Shown: positions 1 to 10,435 of the stretch, one piece after another
Numbering within the stretch: position 1 is the stretch's first letter
Layout: each line of letters starts with the position of its first letter
NCBI RefSeq assembly: GCF_009914755.1
Contig: NC_060938.1
DNA: 64,000 bases
Reading direction: 5' to 3' (one strand)
Source: the human T2T-CHM13v2.0 reference genome, Homo sapiens
Notes under the pieces: model-generated
Databases searched by the model: none
Told to the model about the DNA's origin: nothing
What the model saw: only the letters and a program-made list of their open reading frames with translations
Translations under genes and position numbers: made by a program

Positions 1-213
1 GTTCTACTGAAGTATAACATATTTACAGAAAAGTATTCAAATCATTGTTCAATAAATTTTCAAACAGTAAACACATCCATGTTATCTCTCCGAGATCAAG
101 AAAGAGAATATTACCGTTCTTCCAGAAACCACCTCATGGGCCCTCCCAGTAAGTACATATTTCTTTTTTCCCATTGGTAACCGCTAAGCTGATTTCCTTT
201 CTCTCTCTCTCTC

Positions 214-244
<31 letters not shown>

Positions 245-1601
245 ATGAGGTCTCACTGTGTTGCCCAGGATGGCCAGGAACTCCTAGGCTCAAGCAGTCC
301 TCCCACTTCAGCCTCTCAAGTAGCTACCACTAACCTGATTTCTAACACTGTAACTTTCTCTTTTTTGAAACAAATGAAATAAATATGAAATCATACATAT
401 ATGCCTGTACACTTTCTTTCTAGATCCTTATGCACAACATTGTTTGTGAAATTCATCTATGTTGCAATGTGTAGCAGTAGACTATTTTTATTACTATATA
501 GTATTCTACTTTGTGATATTCCACAAACTATTCATCTACTGTTGAGGGACATTTGGGATATTTCTGGGTTAGACATATTATGAATAGTGCTGCTATGAAT
601 ATTTTTGTATGTGTTTTGTGACACACATATGAATGTGTTTCTGTTTGATATACACACCTAAGACTGGATTGCTGGGCCATGGGGTGTGCATATGTTCAGC
701 TTTATTCGATCCTTACAAAGAGTTTTCTTAAGTGGCTGCACCAATTTATATTCCTATCATCAGTTCATGAGTGTTTCAGTTTCTTTATATCATTGGTAAG
801 ACTTGAGATTGTTAAATGTTTGAATTTTAGCCATTCTGGTGGGTGCGTAGTGATGTCTTATTATGGCTTCAATTTGCATTTTTCTGGTGACTGATGATGA
901 TGTGCCTTTTTAATTTTTTTTTGCCACTTTTATTTGTCTTTTGCAGTGCCTATTCAAGCTTATTGCCTATTTTAAATTAGATTTTTAATCTTTTTCTCAT
1001 TGAGTTGTAGAAATCTTCTTTTAAAAACAAATTTTTAATACAAATACTTTTGCCTGTCATATGTATTTAAAATATCTTTTCCCGGCTCTAGTGGTTTGCC
1101 TTTCACTCTCTTTTGATGAATTGGAGATCTCACTTTGAATATAATCTAACTTATCAGTCTCTTTCTTTATGGTTATTGTTTCCTGTGCCTACTTAAGAAA
1201 TTGTTGCCTACCCTAAGGCTATGAAGCTACTCTGTTTTAATTTATAGAAGCTCTATTTTTTTTTTTTTTTTTTTGCCTTTTAGCCTTTTATCTTTAGGTT
1301 GTAAAAATCTACCTGTGGATGATTGTTGTTTGTGGTGTGATAAAGGCATCCATATTTGTTTTGTTTTACTTATGGATATCCAATAAACCCAGCACCACTT
1401 ATTGAAAAATCTCTTCATTTCTACTACTCTGAAATGTCACCTTTGTTATCAGTCACATTTGTGGTCTGTCTCTGTGTTTTCTAGTCCATTCCATTTTTCT
1501 ATTTCTCTAATATAATATTGATAACGCACTGTCTTAATTACGTGAGCTTTATAGGAGGTCTTGATATTCAGTAGTGTGCACCCTCTAGTTTGTTCTTATT
1601 T
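1..1601 (-). mobile_element. Old L1M-class LINE-1 fragment (3' region), interrupted by an Alu monomer; resumes at 3071
   Basis: Decayed antisense L1 motifs (tgaatagtgctgctatgaat, gactggattgctgggccat, ccagcaccacttattgaaaa). Confidence 0.75.
214..327 (-). mobile_element. Alu monomer/fragment (FLAM/AluJ-like)
   Basis: Poly-T tail then gagatgaggtctcactgtgttgcccagg...ctcaagcagtcctcccacttcagcctc. Confidence 0.85.
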
Positions 1602-1613
1602 AAGAATAACTTC

Positions 1614-3058
1614 TAAAGAACAAAGCTGGAGGCATCACTCTACCTGACTTCAAACTATACTACAAAGTGACAGTCACCAGAACAGCATGGTATTGGTACA
1701 AAAAACAGACACATAGACCAATGGAACAGAATAGAGATCTCAGAAATAAGACTGCACATCTACAACCATCTCATCTTCCACAGACATGACAAAAACAAGC
1801 AATGGGGAAAGGATTTAATAAATGGTGCTGGGAGACATGGCTAGCTATATGCAGCAAACTGAAACTGGACCTCTTCCTTACACCTTATCCAAAGATTAAC
1901 TCAAGATGGATTAAAGATGTAAAGTAAAACCAAAAACTATAAAAACCCTAGAAGAAAATCTAGGCAATACCATTCAGGACATAGGCACAGGCAAAGATTT
2001 CATGACAAAAACATCAAAAGCAATTGCAACAAAAGCAAAAATTGAGAAATGAGATATAATTAAGGAGCTTCTGCATAGCAAAAGAAAGTATCATCAGAGC
2101 GAACAGGCAGCCTACAGAATGGGAGAGAATTTTTGCAACCTATCCACCTGACAAAGATCTAATATCCAGAGTCTACAAGGAACTTAAATTTATGAGCAAA
2201 AAACAACCCAATTAAAAAGTGGGCAAAGGACTTGAACAGACACTTCTCAAAAGAAGACATTTATGTGGCCAGCAAACATGAAAGAAAAGATTAACATCAC
2301 TGATCATTAGAGAAATGCAAATCAAAACCACAGTGAGATACCATCTCACACCAGTCAGAATGGTGATTATTAAAAATTCAAGAAACAACATGCTGGCGAG
2401 GCTGAGGAGAGAGAGAAATGCTTTTACATTGTTGGTGGGAGTGTAAATTGGATCAACCATTGTGGAAGACAGTGTGGTGATTCCTCAAAGACCTAGAGGC
2501 AGAAATACCATTTGACCCAGCAATCCCATTACAGGGTATCAACCTAAAGGAATATAAATCATTCTGTGATAAAGATACATGCATGTATATGTTCATTGCA
2601 GCACTTTTCATGATAGCAAATACATGGAATCAACCCAAATACCCATCAATAATAGACTGGATAAAGAAAATATGGTAATATACACCATAGACTACTATGT
2701 GGCCATAAAAAGGAACGAGATCATGTCCTTTGCAGGGTCGTGGATGGAGCGGAAATCCATTATCCCCAGCAAACAAACGCAGGAGCAGAAAACCAAACAC
2801 TGCATGTTCTCACTCATAAGTGGGAACCAAACAATGAGAACCTGTAGAGAGAGGGAGGGGAAAAACACCTGAGGCCTGTTGGGGATGGGGGGATGGGGAG
2901 AGGGACAGCATCAGGAAAAATAGCTAATACATGCTGGGCTTAATACTTAGGCGATGGGTTGATAGGTGCAGCAAACCATCATGGCACACGTTTACCTATG
3001 TAACAAACCTGCACGTCCTGCACATGTACCCCAGAACTTAACATAATATATAATTAAA
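1614..3058 (+). mobile_element. 5'-truncated older L1PA (L1PA13-16-like), ORF2 3' end plus 3'UTR, nested in L1M
   Basis: Starts at aagaacaaagctggaggcatcac; L1PA 3'UTR ending ccagaacttaa; TSD AAGAATAACTTC 1602-1613 / AAGAATAGCTTC 3059-3070. Confidence 0.9.
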
Positions 3059-3070
3059 AAGAATAGCTTC

Positions 3071-3835
3071 ATTATTTCTAACCATTTGCATTACTGTATA
3101 AATTTTAAAGTCATCTTCTGATGGGATTTTGATTGGGATTGCATTAAATCTCTAGCCTAAATTGGGAGTAAATTAATGTTTTTACAGTGTTGGCTATTTT
3201 AATCCATTAATATGGAATATCCCTTCCTTTATTTAGATCCGTCTCTCACGTCTGTCAGCATTTTTGTATCCCTCTATATTGTAAAATTATTGCACATCTT
3301 TTAAATATATATTCCTAGTATTTGAAATTATTCGATGCTATTATAAATAATACCTTTAAAAATATATCATTTTCTGATTGTTGCTGATATACAAAAAATA
3401 CAATTGAGTTTTATATATTGACCTTGTATTCATTGACTTTGCTAAATTCACTGAATCCTAATAGTTCTGTGTATTAGGTTGGTGCAAAAGTAATTGCATT
3501 CATAAATTATTATGAATTTCCATGTACACAGTTAAATTACTTGTAAAAGAGTTATTACTTTTACCTTTCTAATTATCACGACTTGTATTTGTTTTTCTTG
3601 CCTGTTGTATAGGCTAAGACCTCAAATATAATGGTGAATAGAAGTGGTGATAGTGAGCATTCTTGTCTAATTTCCAATCTCAGTGGGAAAGTTTTCCATG
3701 TTTTACTATTAAATATTATTAAATATTTCTGTAAGTGTTTTACAAATACCGTTTATCAGATCAAGCAAGCCCCCTTACATTTAAAATTGGCCAAGAGTAT
3801 TTTCATGAAGAGGTGTTGAATTTGATTAAATGCCT
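3071..3835 (-). mobile_element. Old L1M fragment (continuation of 1-1601)
   Basis: gggatttttgattgggattgcattaaatc; gaatagaagtggtgatagtgagcattcttgtc. Confidence 0.75.
3474..3497. mobile_element. MADE1/Hsmar1 terminal inverted repeat fragment
   Basis: ttaggttggtgcaaaagtaattgc. Confidence 0.7.
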
Positions 3836-4740
3836 TAAAGCCATAATTGCACAGAATAGCGGGCTCACCTCTGTACTTCCTTTTTCTCTTGGATCATGAT
3901 CCCATGTGTCCTCATTGCCTTGGGAGCTCTTCTTTTTATACCATATCTACCTTTCTAGATTTTCTTGAGGGTTGGACTGTTACAAGTTAGATCATCATTG
4001 TAGGAATTGGTACTGTAAATTCAAATTGTACTATTTTTGTCTGCCATCTACACGGTATGAGTAAAACTGTAAAACCCCCGAGAACCTATTCAATTGTTAT
4101 TTCTTTGATCTATATTGCTTTTGGCTGGTAAGCTTTATGAAAAGATTTTCTTTTGTTAAATTTTGCTATCTTAAGAGGAAAAGTCTACCATTGCTGCTAC
4201 AAATGGAGGCATTATGGAGTCATTGAAAGGGTGCACCTTATATTACATTTAAATGCCATGTTTTACATATAAACATACTGATTTTACCTGTTCCTTTTTA
4301 AAAAAGAAAGAAAACAATGAAATCCCAAGGAATAAAACTGACATTCTTTAAAAAAGAAAAAGCCAATAGGAGTGCTTTTCTTCTTAGGTCCCCTGGGAAC
4401 ATGTCATCCTCTTCATCTCTTAGTCATCCACTTCTTGTGTATAAAAATTGGCAACGCTTCTCTGTCACTCCCACTTCTTCTCTAGCAGTGATACAATCTT
4501 TCATGCGAAATAAGAGAATAATAAAATGTTATTTCTGCAGTCCCAATAGTCAGTAGTATTAGAAACTATAATCTTGGAACCCATACTTAACAAAATATAA
4601 GCCCTCTCATGTGAGAAGAGAGGGAAGACCCAAGCTCTAAATGCTGACTCATTGCTAACCAGGAGGGTGGCATTAGAACGCAACTTGACCTTCCCAGGTC
4701 TTAGTGCCATCCTCTGAAAACCAAAGGCTTGGACTTGTTC

Positions 4741-5070
4741 AAGGGACAGAAAAAATTGTAATGTAAAGGGCTAAATAGTAAATATTTTGAGTTCTGTGGG
4801 CCATACAGTCCCTGTTACAACAACTCAATTCTGCTGTTGTGGCACAGAAGTGATCATAGACAATAAGTAAACAAATGGGCATTTATTTATAAAAGTGTAT
4901 TTATGGACACAAACTCAAATTTCATACAATTTTCATGTGTCATAAAATACTGTTCTTTCAACTTTTTTTTCAAGCATCTAAAAATGTAAAAACAATTCTT
5001 AGCAAAGAGATCATATAAAAAGAGGTAACAGGCTTAGATTTGTCCCATGGGCCCAAGTTTACCAACCTTT
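4741..5070 (+). mobile_element. MER58B-like hAT-Charlie DNA transposon
   Basis: tgtaaagggctaaatagtaaatatttt...caactcaattctgctgttgt...ttcatacaattttcatgtgtcataaaata. Confidence 0.75.
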
Positions 5071-5139
5071 GAGTCAGTTAAATTGTCAAGGGCTGTTCCA
5101 GAGCTCTGTGTTAGGCATTCATATGCTAGCCTTTTAAAA

Positions 5140-6810
5140 AATATTTTTTTTGTCCTATGAACATTATTCAAAAGGGTCTATTTTTTTCTTTTAGACCAAT
5201 TATGAATAAGAAAAATACAATATGTTGTTTTTACCTTTATTCCTTCATCAGTGCTTGTTCTTTCTTTTTAGAGATCCAAGTTTCTGACCTGTATAATTTT
5301 CCTCTGCCTGAAGAACTTCTTTTTGCATTTCTTGCATAGCAGGTTTGCTGGTGATAAATTTCCTCAGTTTTTGCTTGTCTGTGAAAGTCTTTATTTTTTC
5401 TCCACTTTTGAAGGATAATTGCACTAGATGTAGAATTCTAAGTGGGCGTTTTTTTTTTTTTTTTTTTTTTTCCTTCAACATTTTAAGTATTTCACTCCAC
5501 ACTCTGGCTTGCATGGCTTCTGTAATTCTTATCCTCATTCTTCTATAGGTAAGGAATCTGGCTTCTTTTAAGATTTCCTCTTTGTCTTTGGTTTTCTGCA
5601 GTTTGAATATGATATACCTAGATGTAGTTTTTCTTTTTTTGGGTGTTTGTCCTGATTGGTGTTTACTGACTTTTCTGGATCTGTGATTTATTGTATGTCA
5701 TTAATTTTGGAAAGTTCTCCGTCATTATTCCTTCTAATATTTCTTCTCCTTTCTTTCTTCTCTTCTTGGAATTCTGATTACATTTATGTTACAGCTTTTT
5801 ATATTGTTCTATAGTTCCTGAATATTCTGCTCTGGTTTTTTTCCTCCCTTAATTCTCTCTCTCTTTTTAGTTTGGAAATTCATGATTGACTTTCAAGCTC
5901 ATGGAGTCTTAAAAAATTTCTTAAATTTTTAATTTTTATGGGTACATATGTGTATACTTATGGGGTACATGAGATATCTTGATACAGGTATGCAATGCAT
6001 AATAACCACATCATGGAAAATAGGGTGTCCATCCCCTCAAGCATTTCTCCTTTGTGTTACAATCCAATTACACTCTTTTAGTTATTTTAAAATGTACAAT
6101 TGAGTTGTTGTTATTGACATTAGTCACCCTCTTGTGCTATCAAATGGTAGGTCTTACTCTTCTTGGCCATTTGAGTCTGCTGATGAGCCCATGGAAAGCC
6201 TTCTTCATTTGTTACAGTGTTTTTGATTTTTAGCATTTCCTTTTCAAAGGAGTTTTAAAAAAATGTTTCCTTCTCTCTGGTTTCATTACCATTTACTTTC
6301 TCCATTAGAATCCTTAACATTTTTCATCATAGTTATTTTAAATTTCCTATCTGTTAATGACACAGATAATTCCAACATCCGTGACATATCTGAGTCTGAT
6401 TCTGATGATTGCTTGTCTCTTCAGAATGTGTTTTTCTTACCTTTCACCATGCATTGTAATTTTTTGTTGAAAGCCAGACATGATGTGTTGGGTCGTAGGA
6501 ACTGAGGTAGGTAGGCACTTAGTGTGAGGTTTTACTTAATCTGGCTAGGAGTTGGGTTGTGTTTAGTGTTTGCTGAGCTGTAGGTGCTAGAGGCTTCAAA
6601 TCCCCCCAAGGGTCCTTGTTTTTGTCTCCTCTCTTGACTTTAGGTTTCCCTAACTACTCTTCCTCAGGGACGCTGTGTCTTGGAAGTCTTTTATCTGTAA
6701 TCCACTGTTACACCTGAGCCCGGCTGGTGTGGTGGTAGGGCATATGTGAGCAGTAATGTTCTATTAACCATCTAATTAAGAGCAAGGATGGAATAACTTC
6801 CCTTTGGTAA
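5140..6810 (-). mobile_element. Old L1M 5' region with ORF1 remnant; contains an L1MA 3' end fragment at ~5915-6160
   Basis: ORF 5248-5538(-) contains the ORF1 C-terminal motif LSFKSGEKIKTFTDKQKLRKFITSKPAMQEM; L1MA 3' motif tatggggtacatgagatat...atcccctcaagcatt. Confidence 0.7.
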
Positions 6811-6817
6811 ATGGTAA

Positions 6818-7369
6818 CGTTACAGGAAAGGGGTCCCAATCCAGACCCCAAGAGAGGGTTCTTGGATCTCACGCAAGAAATAATTCGGGGCAAGTCCGTA
6901 GAGTAAACTGAAAGCAAGTTTATTAAGAAAGTAGAGGAATTAAAGAATGGCTACTCCATAGATAGAGCAGCCCTGAGGGCTTCTGGTTGCCCATTTTTAT
7001 GGCTATTTCTTGATTATATGCTAAACAAGGGGTGGATTATTCTTGACTCCCCTTTTTAGGCCATATAGGGTAACTTCCTGATGTTGCCATGGCATTTATA
7101 AACTGTCATGGCGCTGGTGGGAGTGTAGCAGTGAGGACAACCAGAGGTCACTCTCATCACCATCTTGGTTCTGGTGGGTTTCAGCTGGCTTCTTTAGTAC
7201 ACCCTGTTTATCAGCAAGGTCTTTATGACCTGTATCTTATGCCGACCTCCAGTCTCATTCTGTGACTTAGAATGCGTAACTCTCTGGGAATGCAGCCCAG
7301 TAGGTCTCAGCCTCATTTTACCCAGCCCCTACTCAAGATGGAGTTGCTCTGGTTCAAATTCCTCTGACA
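6818..7369 (-). mobile_element. MER41 solo LTR (MER41A-type, ERV1)
   Basis: (t/c)gttacaggaaaggggtcccaatccagaccccaagagaggg ... caagatggagttgctctggttcaaattcctctgaca; no TTCCGGGAA segment. Confidence 0.88.
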
Positions 7370-7779
7370 GAAAAACTTTCCCCCATAAGAAAAAGGAAGA
7401 TGGAGAACATGGTGGCTTCAGTGAGGGTGTCTGAAGATGAGGGACTTGCCTTCTGCTGGCTTCCATTTCTTCCATGAATTTTGAAGTGAGCTCATCAGCT
7501 AAGACTATGTGTTAAATATGAGCTGGGAAAAGATATGACATAGCCATCTCAGAAAGGGAGAAACAAGCTTGGTAGGAAAACATTTTGGGTTTGGCAGGCA
7601 GTGTTGACTATTCATTTAATGTTTGTGGCCATGAATTTAATGCAGCTAGTCAGCCTGGTTGTGTGACTTCCTCTCCATCCCAAAGTGTTCATCTGTTTGG
7701 ATGGGAGCTTGGGGTTGGTGGATAGTTGGGTTCCATCAGTGTTGGAATTTGGTAAGGATAGTGTGACACAGAAAGGGGG

Positions 7780-7813
7780 TGTATTAGTGTTCCCTAGAGG
7801 GACAGAACTAATA

Positions 7814-7849
<36 letters not shown>

Positions 7850-8287
7850 TCTATTTTTATATATACAATAGTATATATATAACAGTGTGTGTGTGTATAT
7901 ATATGTAGGAGTTTATTAAGTATTATCTTACATGATCACAAGGTCCCACAAGAGGCTGTCTACAAGCTTGAGGAAGAAGGAGAGCCAGTCCGAGTCTCAA
8001 AACTGAAGAACTTGTAGTCCCAAGTTTGAGGGCAGGAAGCATCCAGCAAGGGAGAAAGATGTAGGCTGGGAGGCTAGGTCAGTCTCACCTTTTCATGTTT
8101 CTCTGACTGCTTTATATTTGCTGGCAGCTGATTAGATTGTGCCCACCAGATTAAGGGTGGGTCTGCCTTCCCCAGCCCACGGACTTAAATGTTAATCTCC
8201 TTTGGCAACACCCTCACAGACACACCCAGGATCAATACTTTGCATCCTTCAATCTAATCAAGTTGACACTCAGTATTAACCATCACA
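7780..8287 (-). mobile_element. MLT2A (HERV-L) solo LTR with internal (TG)n/(TA)n
   Basis: tgtattag...ctagagggacagaactaatag ... caagttgacactcagtattaaccatcaca; approximate 5-bp TSD ggggg/agggg. Confidence 0.88.
7815..7840. repeat. (TG)13 microsatellite followed by TA-rich repeats
   Basis: Read directly. Confidence 0.95.
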
Positions 8288-9246
8288 AGGGGAGATGCAG
8301 GAGTAGAGGGTATGTGCAAGGGAGTGATTATGAGTGAGTATAATGATGGAGCCAGTGTGAATAGTGAAGGTGAAGCGAAGGGTAGGAATGGATAGTAAAA
8401 GTGCTGTGTGTTCAATGGATTAAATGTCTAAATAAGTTTGAAGATTGTTTGCAGTGAATGCAGAGTAAGTAAGTGAGCTGAACAGAGGAAGGGTGGACAG
8501 AGTGGAGGATGCTTGTAGTGGGATTTGAGGTGATGACAAAGTTTAGGATGTGGCCATGTGAGATAGTGACTCAGAAGGAAAAAGCTTCAGGTGAGGAAAT
8601 AAGGAACTGAGAAACTGGCTTTTCTGGTAGGTCTTTGACTCTGATGTTAAAGTCACTGAAAGTGGTGAAGGTGTTAGGGAAGCAGAAGAAACCCTCTGAG
8701 AGGCGGAAGCTGGAGTCTTCAGGGAATGAGAAGGCATAAGCAGGAGGGAGGTGAAAAACAGCAGTGAGGATGAGCAGAAAGTGGCAGAGCCAGATGGCCT
8801 GAGTGCCACAGAGCAGGGATTTGTGTTGGAGGGAGGGAGGGAAATCATTTGAAGCAGCAGTGGAGAGCCAGGAGGCTGCCTGCCCTACTCCCTGGTCTTC
8901 AGATATATGACGTGAGGACAGAGGGCTGTAGGAGAGGAGAAGGCAAGTTTCCATTAAGGTCACAGAAGGTTAAAGTTCAGAGAGGAGATGGAAGGACATA
9001 GTGGGCATACTATTTACAGAAATGTTGAAAGGGTGGGATGAGTCTGTGGGGAGTCGGAGGGGTTGGGGTTTCCAGAGCAGCGTGGAGTTCAGAGCCCTGG
9101 TGAGAGAGGATGACTGGGTAGACCTGGCTTTCCAGCAGAGATTGCAGTAACAGGACTCCCAGGGCCAGCATGCCCTGTTACATGGCTATCTTTCCACTTC
9201 TCCCTCCTAGCTTAATTTTTAGAAACTTTAACAGATGGAATGCAAA

Positions 9247-9503
9247 ATTTTTATTTTTATTTTTACTTCAGAGATCAGTCCTCACCCTGTCGCCCTGGCT
9301 GGAGTGCAGTGGTGTGATCATAGCTCAGTGTAGCCTCCAACTCCTGGGCTCAAGTGATCCTCCCACATCAGCCTCCCGAGTAGCTGAGACTACAGGCAAC
9401 GCACCACCATGCCTGGCTAATTTTTGTATTTTTTTGTAGAGATTGGGTCTTGCTATGTTGCCCAGGCTGGTCTTGAACTCCCAGGTTTAAGCAATCCTCA
9501 TGC
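9247..9503 (-). mobile_element. AluJ, truncated at its 5' end
   Basis: AluJ diagnostics gatcatagctca, ctcctgggctcaagtgatcc, tcttgctatgttgcccagg. Confidence 0.88.
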
Positions 9504-9739
9504 ATGCATATATATATATATGCAGCTTTGATAATTTAATTAGTTTAGCCTGTCAGGCAGCTGTGATAGTGTAGAGAACATTGTATTTATTTGTAAGTCT
9601 TAAGGTAGGATTGGAATGGAGAAGTCAACTTCACTGAAAACTAGCAAGTAGAATGAAGGAAACACAGATTAGTTGAGGACCTACTATGTTCCAGGCTTTG
9701 TGCCAAACATCTACTTTATGTAGGTGATTTCACAAGATG

Positions 9740-10100
9740 GACATGTTGGAAAAACTGTGGGCATTGGAATCAGTCCTGGGTTTGAATTTTAGTTGCTTGG
9801 CTGACAAACTGTGTTACTTTGGGCAAGTTACCTGTGCTCTTCAGTCTTACTTTTCTCATCCATAGCGTGGGAATAATAACATCCACCTGTTGTGGTTGCT
9901 GTAATGAGCTGTGCAAGAAATTCTAATCAGCAGGCCGGGCTGAGAACCACTGCTGCAGAGTGATTAGCATTTGTTCCATTTTATAGGTGAAGAAACTAAG
10001 GCCCAGTGGGGCTAAATATGTTGCTTACGGCCACACAGCACTTAAATGATATAGCCAGGATTGAAAGCCAGTTTTTTTTGACCCCAGAACCTTGTATCCA
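9740..10100. mobile_element. MIR fragments in both orientations with a MER5 fragment
   Basis: tgtgttactttgggcaagttac; ccattttataggtgaagaaactaaggccca; gctgagaaccactg. Confidence 0.6.
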
Positions 10101-10232
10101 TTTCATTGAGTTTTTGCCTTAATACATGGGAAGCTAAAGGAGCCCCCCATTAGCATGTCTGCCCAAACATCAGGCAGCATGGGATGGGAGGAAGGGATCA
10201 AGTGAAGGGAAGGCAGGCTCCATGGAATCTAG

Positions 10233-10435
10233 GTCAGCGGTTTCCAAACCTGGCTGTACTTACAAATCATCTGGAAAATGGTTAATCTGTAAATCTCCAG
10301 GGACCACCCTAGGCCTATTGGATCAGAACTTCTGGAGCATGGGAACCGGGAGTATGTATATTTAGAATATCTCCCAGGTTATTCTGAGACTGCTAGCCTA
10401 GTTCCGGTCCTTGGGCAAGTTTTTGGGAACCACTG
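10233..10435. mobile_element. MER5-family DNA transposon
   Basis: cagcggtttccaaacctggctg ... tttgggaaccactg terminal inverted repeats. Confidence 0.7.

Noticed and set aside
8543-8963. Ser/Leu-rich minus-strand ORFs
   Set aside because: They lie in purine-skewed, decayed L2-like sequence; compositional artefact
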